Source: Candidatus Parcubacteria bacterium
GTDB taxonomy: Bacteria; Patescibacteriota; Patescibacteriia; Patescibacteriales; UBA12075
Reading direction: 5' to 3'
Length of the DNA stretch: 64,000 nucleotides
Assembly: GCA_963814275.1 (NCBI GenBank)
Contig: CAWFCE010000002.1
Location: 811,263 to 875,262, forward strand
In this document: one piece after another, positions 17,462 to 26,774 of the stretch
Position numbering within the stretch: position 1 is the stretch's first letter
Layout of the letters: each line of letters starts with the position of its first letter
Notes under the pieces: model-generated
What the model was told of the DNA's origin: nothing
Database searches by the model: none
What the model saw: the letters and a program-made list of their open reading frames with translations, nothing else
Position numbers and translations under genes: made by a program

Positions 17462-18061
17462 ATGGATATTATCAGGATCGAGGGTGAAAAAAGCTTTTAT
17501 TATGCGGCCAGACGAGCCGTAATAATCTTGAAAAAAGGAGGTATAGTCGTCCATCCAACTGACGCTTGCTACGGAATAGCCGCTGACATCACGAATGAAA
17601 AGGCGGTAAAAAAGGTATTTGCGCTCAAAAGGAGGGAACTAGACCATCCGGTAAATATTATCGTTAAAGACAGGGAGGATTTTTCGAAATTTGGCCGGTG
17701 GTCCCCGTTGATCGATGATTTGACGAAAAAGCAACGGAAAAGAATGTACAGTTTTGTCGTCAAAAAAACCGATCACTGCCCGGGTTTTTTAAATCCGAAT
17801 TTCGAAACTGTCGGTATTCAGATTCCCAAAAATCCGTTTTCACTCGAGATTTTGGGGTTAATAAAAGTGCCGTTGATAGCGACCAGTGCGAATATTTCCG
17901 GGAAAAATAACGTATATAAAGTCGAATCGATCTTGAATCAGATTAAAGATGCGGAAATCAACCCGGATTTGATTATTGACGGAGGAGCATTGCCTTACCG
18001 CAAGGTGTCACGGGTGATCGAAATCATTGGCCATGATAAATATCGAATTGTAAGAAATTAG
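17462..18061 (+). CDS. tsaC: YrdC/Sua5-family L-threonylcarbamoyladenylate synthase-like protein
   Basis: ATG at 17462. The core is VVHPTDACYGIAADITNEKAVKKVFALKRRELDHPVNIIV...IATSANISG, the YrdC-domain signature. Confidence 0.7.
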   Translation: MDIIRIEGEKSFYYAARRAVIILKKGGIVVHPTDACYGIAADITNEKAVKKVFALKRRELDHPVNIIVKDREDFSKFGRWSPLIDDLTKKQRKRMYSFVVKKTDHCPGFLNPNFETVGIQIPKNPFSLEILGLIKVPLIATSANISGKNNVYKVESILNQIKDAEINPDLIIDGGALPYRKVSRVIEIIGHDKYRIVRN

Positions 18062-18064
18062 AAT

Positions 18065-19165
18065 ATGAAAATCGCTTTATTCTGTTCCGCCAGGAATTTG
18101 ATCCCGCCGCCCAAAACGGGCGGCACGGAGCAGCCGATTTTTTATCTGGCAAGGGAACTGGCCATAAAGGGGCACGAGGTTGTCCTGTATGCCGCCCGTG
18201 GTTCACGGGTACCCGGCGTTACGATCAGGGAAATTTCACCTTTCGTTCTGGGCCGTAACCGAAAGAATCTTATGGCGCAGGACCAGCTCGCCGGTTTTTT
18301 TGACCAAAATGCCTTGGGCGAATTTTTTGAAAATGAGGCCGGGTCTTTCGATATTATCCAGTTTAACAGCTATAAATTTTATGATATTTTGCCTTTTGCG
18401 AAATTAAACAAAGCGCCCGTTTTGATCCGCATAAATTATCCTTATAACCATATTTATCCTTATATCAAAGATTACCTCAAAAAGCGTAACAATATTTACT
18501 ACTTGCCGATTTCTAACTTCGTCAAGTCATTAATGCCAGGTTTGAATTATACGGATCCCATTTATCCGGCGATTGATATGGACGATTTTACTTACTCCGC
18601 CAAGCCAAAAGATTATTTGCTTTTTATCGGCAGAATATGTCATGATAAAGGGGTGCATCTGGCGATCGAAGCGGCTAAAATTGCAAAAAAGAAATTAATA
18701 ATTGCCGGACGCATCGATGAAGATGCGCCTTATATAAGCTACTTCAATGATATCGTAAAACCGCAATTAAACGAAAATATAAAATATATCGGTGAAGTCG
18801 ACTTTTTTGCTAAAGTCAAACTCTATCAGGGTGCTTTAGCTACTCTGTTTCCAGTTTTATGGGATGAACCGTTCGGTAATATCCAAATCGAATCGATGGC
18901 TTGCGGTACACCGGTCATCGCTTTTGACCGCGCTGCCTGCCAGGAAGCGATCGATGGCGGCGTAAGCGGTTTGTTGGTCAAAACCGGGAGCGCAAAAGAA
19001 ATGGCAAAAGCAGTCGGTTCATTATCGGAGATAGACCGTAAATCGGTCAGGCAATGGACGGAAGATAATTTTTCCATAGGAAAAATCACCGGGAATTATA
19101 TCGATCTTTATGAACGTTTAATTAACGATAATAAAAAATATGTCCAAAATACTGATTGCGTATAA
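18065..19165 (+). CDS. GT-B glycosyltransferase, family 4-like
   Basis: PPKTGGTEQPIFYLARELAIKGHEV at the N-terminus and EPFGNIQIESMACGTPVIAFD (E-x7-E region) in the C-terminal half. Confidence 0.8.
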   Translation: MKIALFCSARNLIPPPKTGGTEQPIFYLARELAIKGHEVVLYAARGSRVPGVTIREISPFVLGRNRKNLMAQDQLAGFFDQNALGEFFENEAGSFDIIQFNSYKFYDILPFAKLNKAPVLIRINYPYNHIYPYIKDYLKKRNNIYYLPISNFVKSLMPGLNYTDPIYPAIDMDDFTYSAKPKDYLLFIGRICHDKGVHLAIEAAKIAKKKLIIAGRIDEDAPYISYFNDIVKPQLNENIKYIGEVDFFAKVKLYQGALATLFPVLWDEPFGNIQIESMACGTPVIAFDRAACQEAIDGGVSGLLVKTGSAKEMAKAVGSLSEIDRKSVRQWTEDNFSIGKITGNYIDLYERLINDNKKYVQNTDCV

Positions 19166-20906
19166 TAGCGCGGCAATAAGCGAAGAAAACAGTAAACGAA
19201 TAATCGAATCATTATATTCACAACAGAAGAAAAATGACGATAGATTCGTACGGGAGCATATCGATAGCAGTAAACGCGAAGTTTTCGGGAATTTACAGAT
19301 AGTGTATAGCCGTAAAAATAATCAAAAAATCAGGATGTACTATCATAAGGATGGGATATTCATCAATATTTGCGGAATTATCGACAATGAAAAACACCTA
19401 TGCCGGGAGAGCAAGTGCAATCGGATCGAAGAGCTGCTGGTTAAGAGTTATAAAAAGTCCAAAAGCCAATTGGAGAAAATACTATCCGGTACCAGCGGCC
19501 AATATGCCGTATTCATATATGACAAGAAAAAAGACGAGGTGGTTATTGCAAACGATAAATTAGGTTTGTACAGCGCTTTTATTTATGAAGCCGGAGAAAC
19601 GCTGGTGTACGCAACGGAAGTAGAAGCGATCCTCAGGCTGGGCCATGTAAAAAGGGAAATGAATTATGACGCAATTGCTGATTATCTTGCCTTGGGAATC
19701 GTTCAAAAAAATCAGACATTCATAAAGACCGTCGACAATTTGCCACCGGCTACGATCCTGTATAAATCCGGGAAAAAAGCTAGCAGTCGGGAAAAATATT
19801 TTACTTTCAAATTTGAAGGCAAGAATTATCAGCGCCAGGAATATTTAGAGTTGGCTCATGCCAAACTGAAAGCGGCGGTATTGGACCTATTTGACGGCTA
19901 TTCCTCGAACCTCGCGGTATGCCTAACCGGCGGTTTCGATACCAGGACATTAAATTCCGTATTGGTTGATGCCGGCAGGCGGCAACGGATTTTGTTCACC
20001 CGCACGCCAACAGCACGAGTACGCACCGATATTGATCATCAGGCGTTAGCGGCTGACGAAAAAATCGGCCGTCAGTTCGCTGACCATTACGATCTTCCGT
20101 ATTATGCCGAAGGGGATGCCGGAAAAGGGGAAAGAAATATTTCCAAAGACGAAAGTTTTACCTTGCTTCATGGCTTGTTCGGCGGAGAACTGTTCGGCGG
20201 AGAAGTCTACAATTTTCCCCGCACTTTGTATGCCAGCAATATCCCTTCGATGAGCCGTATGTCGGTTTTTTCGGACCGGTTTGTCAGCCTGCTCAGCCGC
20301 GACCCGATAGAGGAATATTATAATAATATCGAGGCGATCGAATCGGACGAAAAGGACAAAAGGGTTTATGTGTATAAGGCTCAATTGGCATCCACTTCAT
20401 ATTTCAATAATCTTGAGGATTATGGCAATCCTTGCTGGCAGCGCCCCAGGCTGTTTTTTAACGAACCTTATAATATCCTATACCCGTTCACAAATGTTGA
20501 TTTTTTATCTGTGGTTTTCCGTATTCCGTATAGTGAATTACGCGAACACGGCTTTTATCGCGATCTTTTGGCGACATATTATCCGGAGTATTGCCGTTTC
20601 GGATTTTTACACGGAAAAAAGAGGCTTTATAAATTCGATCCGAAGAAAAATCCCAAAATATATCTTTATCGCAAGGTCGAGGTGTATCTGCGTGATGGCG
20701 TGAACGGGACCGAGGGCGAAAACGTAAAAAAGTCCCCCAAGGTTGTCCATGAACTCAATGAATTTTTAGGAAATCCGGTCGCAGCAAAGCATATCGATGA
20801 TATATCCTTCATGTCCGATAAGAACGAAAATCGGCTATTTGTTTATCGTCTTAATCAATTGAAAAAATGGTTCAACAGGTATTATTTTAATAAGCTTATC
20901 AGCTGA
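19140..20906 (+). CDS. Asparagine synthetase (AsnB)-like amidotransferase/adenylating enzyme lacking the N-terminal Cys nucleophile
   Basis: The PP-loop-like CLTGGFDTRTL corresponds to SGG[LI]DS. The N-terminal half resembles the Ntn glutaminase fold (GQYAVFIYDKKKDEVVIANDKLGLYSAF). The protein starts MSKIL rather than MCG. Confidence 0.6.
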   Translation: MSKILIAYNSAAISEENSKRIIESLYSQQKKNDDRFVREHIDSSKREVFGNLQIVYSRKNNQKIRMYYHKDGIFINICGIIDNEKHLCRESKCNRIEELLVKSYKKSKSQLEKILSGTSGQYAVFIYDKKKDEVVIANDKLGLYSAFIYEAGETLVYATEVEAILRLGHVKREMNYDAIADYLALGIVQKNQTFIKTVDNLPPATILYKSGKKASSREKYFTFKFEGKNYQRQEYLELAHAKLKAAVLDLFDGYSSNLAVCLTGGFDTRTLNSVLVDAGRRQRILFTRTPTARVRTDIDHQALAADEKIGRQFADHYDLPYYAEGDAGKGERNISKDESFTLLHGLFGGELFGGEVYNFPRTLYASNIPSMSRMSVFSDRFVSLLSRDPIEEYYNNIEAIESDEKDKRVYVYKAQLASTSYFNNLEDYGNPCWQRPRLFFNEPYNILYPFTNVDFLSVVFRIPYSELREHGFYRDLLATYYPEYCRFGFLHGKKRLYKFDPKKNPKIYLYRKVEVYLRDGVNGTEGENVKKSPKVVHELNEFLGNPVAAKHIDDISFMSDKNENRLFVYRLNQLKKWFNRYYFNKLIS

Positions 20907-20942
20907 AGATTGTCCGGTATATAACATTTATCTGGAAATAAA

Positions 20943-22028
20943 ATGTATCAACACAGTGATATAAAAATAATACATCTGGAAATAACGGACAAATGCAATG
21001 CCGCTTGCCCGCAATGTTTGCGCAATAATAACGGGGTTGGCGTAAATCCCCATTTAGCCCTGACAGAGCTTAGTCTGGCAGACATTAAAAAGATATTCAT
21101 GCCCGATTTCGCCAGACAGCTGAAAATGCTGTATCTTTGCGGGAATTATGGCGACCCGATCGTCGCACGAGATACTTTGTCGGTATATAAATATTTTCGC
21201 AGGTTGAATCCGGAAATGAAATTCAGTATGAATACGAACGGTTCATTCAGGAGCGCCGTGTGGTGGCGGGAGTTGGCAAAAGTATTCGGTAAAAACGGCG
21301 AGGTAAAATTCGGTCTGGACGGACTGGGCGATACGCACCGCCTTTATAGGCAGGGCACGGACTGGAAAAAAATAATTGATAATGCCGAAGCTTTCATCGA
21401 AGCGGGCGGACAGGCAGTATGGGAATTCATAATATTCCGGCATAATGAGCACCAGATCGAGGCCGCCAGAAAAATGAGCGAGCAGTTGGGCTTTAGCCGT
21501 TTTACCGCCAAGAAGACCTGGCGATTTTATTCTAACGCCAAAAACAGCGGTAAAGACAGTCATGAAGGCATGAATCGCGCCGGTCAAAAAGTTGTTTTAA
21601 AACGGCCGGAACGCGACAATAATGTCAATCAGGCGTTGCGGCATGAATCGAAAATCAAGGAAAAATACGGTAATATGAAAAACTATTTGGATCAGGCAAA
21701 AATAAAATGCAAAGTCCAGGAGGAAAAAAATCTGTATCTGTCGGCTGAGGGGCTGGTGTTGCCCTGTTGTTGGCTGGCAAACCAGTTGTATATCGCCTAT
21801 TTACCGCCCCGGAGCACGCCCATATGGAAAATACTCGATAAGATCGGCGGTGTCGACAAACTAAATGCCCGGAAAAATCCGCTCAAGGATATTGTTAATT
21901 CGGAATTTTTTCAAAAGCTTATTCCGGAAAGTTGGAATAAATCCTCAATTGCCGCCGGAAAACCGGAAGTCTGCGCGAAAATTTGCGGTGTTGAGTTCGA
22001 TCCGTTTTCTGCCCAGTATGAAAAGTAA
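20943..22028 (+). CDS. Radical SAM protein (paralogue of 22327)
   Basis: The triad is ITDKCNAACPQCLRN and the strand is LYLCGNYGDPI. The C-terminus has LVLPCCW...VCAKICG. Confidence 0.8.
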   Translation: MYQHSDIKIIHLEITDKCNAACPQCLRNNNGVGVNPHLALTELSLADIKKIFMPDFARQLKMLYLCGNYGDPIVARDTLSVYKYFRRLNPEMKFSMNTNGSFRSAVWWRELAKVFGKNGEVKFGLDGLGDTHRLYRQGTDWKKIIDNAEAFIEAGGQAVWEFIIFRHNEHQIEAARKMSEQLGFSRFTAKKTWRFYSNAKNSGKDSHEGMNRAGQKVVLKRPERDNNVNQALRHESKIKEKYGNMKNYLDQAKIKCKVQEEKNLYLSAEGLVLPCCWLANQLYIAYLPPRSTPIWKILDKIGGVDKLNARKNPLKDIVNSEFFQKLIPESWNKSSIAAGKPEVCAKICGVEFDPFSAQYEK

Positions 22029-22049
22029 ATAATCATCAAGCCAGCATAT

Positions 22050-22346
22050 ATGGCAAATGGAGCCGTTAAAAAAATAAAAAATACCGTAAAAACGGAAAAA
22101 CCGCTCTCTTTTTTGTATGATTATGATGCCGCTTACGAAAGCCTCAAAGCTTTTGTAGACTTTTATGATATGTATAGTTCCAGTGGCCCGCAGGAGTTAC
22201 ATGTCAGCTATCCGGTTCGACCAACCCGCATTACGTTTCCCAATATAGAAGCTGGCGCCTATCTGGCATTTATTTTTATGTTAGAGTTGGCGAAGAGAGA
22301 CGCACGCAAGAACGGTATTATTATTCATGATAAACCATATGACTGA
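22050..22346 (+). CDS. Hypothetical 98-aa protein between two paralogous rSAM genes
   Basis: The ORF is tightly packed: 21 nt after the previous stop, and it overlaps the next start. No recognisable motif. Confidence 0.45.
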   Translation: MANGAVKKIKNTVKTEKPLSFLYDYDAAYESLKAFVDFYDMYSSSGPQELHVSYPVRPTRITFPNIEAGAYLAFIFMLELAKRDARKNGIIIHDKPYD

Positions 22347-23577
22347 ATTTCCCCTCGACTTTTGGCATTTTGAGCTTACTTCCAGATGTCCAATCGGCTG
22401 CCCGCGCTGCAGCCGGACGGAACAAGCCGGTGATTATTGGCTGGGTGAGTTGAGTTTCGATACTATCAAACGGATTTTCACGCCAGCTTTCATACGCCAA
22501 AAACTTATGAAGATCACTTTTTGCGGCGGCCAAGGCGATCCGATCTATCATAGTAAATTCCTGGAAATTTACAAATATTTCAAAAGCCATAATCCTAATC
22601 TAATAATCGCCACGGTTACCAACGGCAGCCATCGGTCCAAGGAGTGGTGGCAGGAATTACGCAGCATGTTGACTCCCAGCGATGAAATCATTTTCTCAAT
22701 CGATGGCTATGACGATGATTCCAATAGAAAATACAGAATTAATTCCGACTGGGATTCGATAATGGACGGTATCGAGATATTGCGCGGCGGACCGGCAACT
22801 CTGATCTGGTCAACGATAATATTCAAATTCAATCAACATCATTTGGGAAATATCGTAAGTTTGGCGCGTGGAAAAGGAATCGATCGGTTTCATTTCGTAC
22901 AAAGCAACTTATTCGGAAAATATTTGAAGAAATATATCGACCCTCAGCTAGGTTACGACCCGCTTGAACCGGATTACGATTATGTGAGCGAATATTTGCG
23001 TTCCGTAAAATATAGTATTGAATTCCGCGATAAAAAGGATTTGCGGTATAAAAAATCCGGAATTGCCCATTTACGTTACAATGTCAGCCGCGCGAAGCGT
23101 CTGGAAAAATTATTGGTACAGACGAAGGAATGGCCAGTTCTGCCGAGCTGTTTGATCAGTTATTACGGTATTTATGTTGACGCGGAGGGGATAATCTATC
23201 CTTGCAGCTGGACCAGCCACCCGGTAACGCGCAAATCGAAAATTAACGGAAGGGTGCTTGAGCACAAAGATTCACTCTGGGTAAAACAAAAAAATCAATT
23301 CGACCTGAATGAACGGACCCTGAAACAAATAATGGAAGACCCGGTTTGGCATAAATTGACCAAAGGCTGGACCGACGGCAAATCCACTTTTATCGAATGC
23401 GAAAAGAAATGTTCGAGACAATTCTATACGAAGCAGTTTAACGAGAAAATTTTGCGATTTCTCGGCGATATATATTTGAATAAATTGAAAATGCTCGACC
23501 AGGATAAAGATCTATTAGCTAAAATAATGAATGCCAAAGAATATTCACCCGAAATTTTTAATAACCGGTGGACTTGA
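22327..23577 (+). CDS. Radical SAM protein (paralogue of 20943)
   Basis: The triad is LTSRCPIGCPRCSRT and the strand is ITFCGGQGDPI, followed by FLEIYKYFK (cf. LSVYKYFR in 20943). The C-terminus has IIYPCSW...ECEKKCS. An alternative start lies at 22339. Confidence 0.8.
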   Translation: MINHMTEFPLDFWHFELTSRCPIGCPRCSRTEQAGDYWLGELSFDTIKRIFTPAFIRQKLMKITFCGGQGDPIYHSKFLEIYKYFKSHNPNLIIATVTNGSHRSKEWWQELRSMLTPSDEIIFSIDGYDDDSNRKYRINSDWDSIMDGIEILRGGPATLIWSTIIFKFNQHHLGNIVSLARGKGIDRFHFVQSNLFGKYLKKYIDPQLGYDPLEPDYDYVSEYLRSVKYSIEFRDKKDLRYKKSGIAHLRYNVSRAKRLEKLLVQTKEWPVLPSCLISYYGIYVDAEGIIYPCSWTSHPVTRKSKINGRVLEHKDSLWVKQKNQFDLNERTLKQIMEDPVWHKLTKGWTDGKSTFIECEKKCSRQFYTKQFNEKILRFLGDIYLNKLKMLDQDKDLLAKIMNAKEYSPEIFNNRWT

Positions 23578-24130
23578 CGGCCTGGGTAACGGGCTGGTCG
23601 AATATTTCCGGCCCGGATCGAGAGGTATTAGCCGCCGTAACGGATACGATATTAACACAAACCGAGACAAGATCGTCGACCTGGCCCGTAGTTTTGATGT
23701 ATTCGTTAATCTGGCGAATTCCGGATTCAACCAGGCCTTAATGCTGTATGATATATTTAACGATTGGGAAAAAATCGATAAAAAAGGATATATAATCAAT
23801 GTCGGTTCTTACGGAACTTATAATCCGGGAGATGCGTGGCGACCCTGGCTGGCCGCCAAATTCGCCCTGGATATCGCCAATAAACAGTGCTGTAAAAAAA
23901 TCGAAGAAAAAAACTTGCCATTCCGCTCCACGAATATAAGATTCGGAATGCTTGATACCGATAAAAGCCGGGCTAAACCGAATTGGGAAGGGGTTGGCCA
24001 TCGGGCAGAAGATATCGCAAAATTGATCATATATCTGTGGAGCCAATTCAAAAGTAATGCACCGTATGATTTCAACGAAATTACGGTAAATAATATAAAA
24101 AATAATTTGGGAGAATTGCTACAAAAATGA
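23531..24130 (+). CDS. Short-chain dehydrogenase/reductase-like protein (atypical)
   Basis: The Rossmann motif is LITGGLDGLGNGL and NLANSG corresponds to NNAG. At the expected YxxxK position the sequence reads W-L-A-A-K, so catalytic competence is uncertain. Confidence 0.45.
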   Translation: MPKNIHPKFLITGGLDGLGNGLVEYFRPGSRGISRRNGYDINTNRDKIVDLARSFDVFVNLANSGFNQALMLYDIFNDWEKIDKKGYIINVGSYGTYNPGDAWRPWLAAKFALDIANKQCCKKIEEKNLPFRSTNIRFGMLDTDKSRAKPNWEGVGHRAEDIAKLIIYLWSQFKSNAPYDFNEITVNNIKNNLGELLQK

Positions 24131-25509
24131 ACCGCGAATCAAAAAATAGTATCAGTGAGACATTCTGTGTTTTACCTTGGATACACTTATCAACCCGGCC
24201 GAACGGGCACCTGCGTTGTTGCTGTACTGCCTGTGCCAGTTCAGCGGCTCCGATACTGAAAAATCCGGAGGTCGGATATATCAAAAACGAGCAGGGACGC
24301 CCCGCAAACCTAAATACCTGCGACTTATTGACAGCCTGGAATAACGATTATATGAAAAACATCCGGGTGGCGATGTTGAATGGACAAATTCCGCCTAGTT
24401 GTGAAAAATGTTTCAAGGAGGAAAAAGCCGGGCTCCGCAGTAAACGGATGTGGGAGACGGAATATTGGTCAAGTCGCGTGGACATAGGGGAAATGATAGA
24501 AAAGACCTCGCCCGACGGGAGCATCGCTCCAAACATTAATTACGTCGATTTGCGGCTTGGCACCAAATGTGATTTGAAATGCATAATGTGTTCGCCCCAT
24601 GATTCGAGTGAGTGGATACCGGATTGGTTGAAACTTTACCCGCAAATTACGAGCGAGAGACTGAAGCAGATCATGATCTGGAAAAATTACGGCCGGACTG
24701 ACGGAGCGACCTATGACTGGTACCGTGATAATAATAAATTTTGGTCGCAATTTTATGAGCAGATCCCCAATTTGAAGCAACTTTACTTCGCCGGAGGGGA
24801 ATCATTGGTGATCGACAGACATTATCAATTGCTCAAAGAATGCATTCGGCAGGGTCATGCGAAAAACATTACTCTTCGCTACAATTCGAACGGACTGGCG
24901 TTGAGTGACGAATTATTCAAACTTTGGCAGCCTTTTAAACGCGTTCGATTCGGGTTCAGCATTGATTCGATAGGGGAAATGAACAGTTATATCCGCTTTC
25001 CTTCGCGATGGGAAACAATAGAAAACAACCTGGATATACTTGACCGGTCGGAGGACAACATCGAAATTACGATCGCATTCGCGATTCAGATACTGAATAT
25101 ATATTATTTGCCCGATTTCATCAAATGGAAGCTCAAAAAAAATTATAAAAAGATCAATCTTTGGCCCAACGGCGCCGGCCTGATCAATACCCACTTTGTC
25201 TATCATCCGGCGCATCTGAACGTCAAAGTTTTACCGCCCTGGTATAAGGATAAGGTGGCGGAAAAGTATGAGAATTTTTACGGTTGGCTTCTGGAAAATC
25301 ACCGTCATGACGGCGAGTTTGTCGAGCATCCTTACGGAATCAACAGGCTTAAGGGCATCATAAAATTTATGTATAGCGAAAACTGGTCTAGCCTTTTGGG
25401 CGAATTCAAGGAGTATATTACGTTAATGGACGAAATCAGAAATACCGATTTTAAAAAAGTATTTCCCGAGATGAAAAAAATAATAGATCAAAATGATGCA
25501 ATCAAATGA
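24127..25509 (+). CDS. Radical SAM protein with an N-terminal 4-Cys (twitch-like) module, paralogue 1 of 7
   Basis: FCVLPWIHLSTRPNGHLRCCC...PPSCEKCF, then the triad LGTKCDLKCIMCSPHDSSEW, then YFAGGESLV and YIRFPSRWETIE. Confidence 0.85.
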   Translation: MNRESKNSISETFCVLPWIHLSTRPNGHLRCCCTACASSAAPILKNPEVGYIKNEQGRPANLNTCDLLTAWNNDYMKNIRVAMLNGQIPPSCEKCFKEEKAGLRSKRMWETEYWSSRVDIGEMIEKTSPDGSIAPNINYVDLRLGTKCDLKCIMCSPHDSSEWIPDWLKLYPQITSERLKQIMIWKNYGRTDGATYDWYRDNNKFWSQFYEQIPNLKQLYFAGGESLVIDRHYQLLKECIRQGHAKNITLRYNSNGLALSDELFKLWQPFKRVRFGFSIDSIGEMNSYIRFPSRWETIENNLDILDRSEDNIEITIAFAIQILNIYYLPDFIKWKLKKNYKKINLWPNGAGLINTHFVYHPAHLNVKVLPPWYKDKVAEKYENFYGWLLENHRHDGEFVEHPYGINRLKGIIKFMYSENWSSLLGEFKEYITLMDEIRNTDFKKVFPEMKKIIDQNDAIK

Positions 25510-26773
25510 CCTATCGAAAAATTCGAATTTTTGCTTCGCCCCATGGATCCATTTGGTCATAACGCAGGGGGGAGATATCAGGCCTTGTAATGATTTCCAA
25601 ATGAATTTTGGCAGCATAAAAAATGATAATTTGGAATCGGTTTTCAACAATGAAAATTTCAAAAAACTGAGGGACGACCTTTTACACGGACGATTACATC
25701 CGGGGTGCCGGGGTTGCCGGGAAAAAGAAAGGTTGATCGGGTACTCCCGCAGGATCAGCATAGACAGTCAAATCAAGGAGTGGGGAGAGCGAAAGGAAAA
25801 GTGGAAACTTAAAACCGAAGTTACGGCAAAAAATATAAAATGGCTGGATATAAGATTGAGTAATTACTGCAATTTGAAATGCCGGCATTGCTATCCGGCG
25901 CTAAGTACGCGCTGGTTCGAAGATATCAAAGGGTTTGAGGGTGTGAAATTCACCAAGGATTCGCAGCGCCTTTCTTTGGAAGAATATTTTCACGCTTATC
26001 GCAAAAGAAAAGGCGAGAACCTGCCGTTAAAGAAGATTTACGAGGTGATTGACGCCGTGGGACGCCCTTTAAAGCGGATAGAGTTCAAGGGGGGAGAACC
26101 GTTTCTGCAAAAAGAACTGCCGATATTTTTGGAATATTATCTGGATAATATATCTCCGGAAAAGAGCAGCCAAAAAACCACCGATAAAACCCGGTTTGTG
26201 TTCGTCACAAACGGCACCATTATCCCTCCCAAAATAAAAGAATTGATCGCAAGATTGGGTTTGGCCGATATCTGCTATTCAGTTGAAGGTATAAGCAATG
26301 CTTATGATTACATCAGGGGTGACGGGAAATATCGGCTTAAAGATATTAGGAAAAATATTTTGGAATTGGATGAATTGCCGAATGTAAAAACTTCGTTTAG
26401 GATTACCTGCATGGCTTATAATATATTCGAAATCCCCAGGATATATTCCTGGATAAGCCGATTACCGCTCAAAAGAAACGCCAAGAATATAATTATCGAG
26501 AATTATGTAGTCAGACCGGATTTTTTGAACGTAATGGTGATCCCGTACGATATTAGGCACCGGGCGGCCAAGGGTATAAATAAGATATTAAAAAACAAAA
26601 AGAAAAATCTCGACGCTTCTATATACAGATTTTATGAATCACTAAACGAGCGGGTTGACGGTTTTTCCAGAAAAAACTTGGAGAATTTCAAAATATACAC
26701 GGCCACTTTGGACAAAATCAGGGGCACTGACATCAAAGAGGCGATACCACAAATAAGAAAACTTTTTTTATAG
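25493..26773 (+). CDS. Radical SAM protein with an N-terminal 4-Cys module, paralogue 2 of 7
   Basis: FCFAPWIHLVITQGGDIRPC...PGCRGCR, then the triad LSNYCNLKCRHCYPALSTRW, then EFKGGEPFL. Confidence 0.85.
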   Translation: MMQSNDLSKNSNFCFAPWIHLVITQGGDIRPCNDFQMNFGSIKNDNLESVFNNENFKKLRDDLLHGRLHPGCRGCREKERLIGYSRRISIDSQIKEWGERKEKWKLKTEVTAKNIKWLDIRLSNYCNLKCRHCYPALSTRWFEDIKGFEGVKFTKDSQRLSLEEYFHAYRKRKGENLPLKKIYEVIDAVGRPLKRIEFKGGEPFLQKELPIFLEYYLDNISPEKSSQKTTDKTRFVFVTNGTIIPPKIKELIARLGLADICYSVEGISNAYDYIRGDGKYRLKDIRKNILELDELPNVKTSFRITCMAYNIFEIPRIYSWISRLPLKRNAKNIIIENYVVRPDFLNVMVIPYDIRHRAAKGINKILKNKKKNLDASIYRFYESLNERVDGFSRKNLENFKIYTATLDKIRGTDIKEAIPQIRKLFL

Positions 26774-26774
26774 C

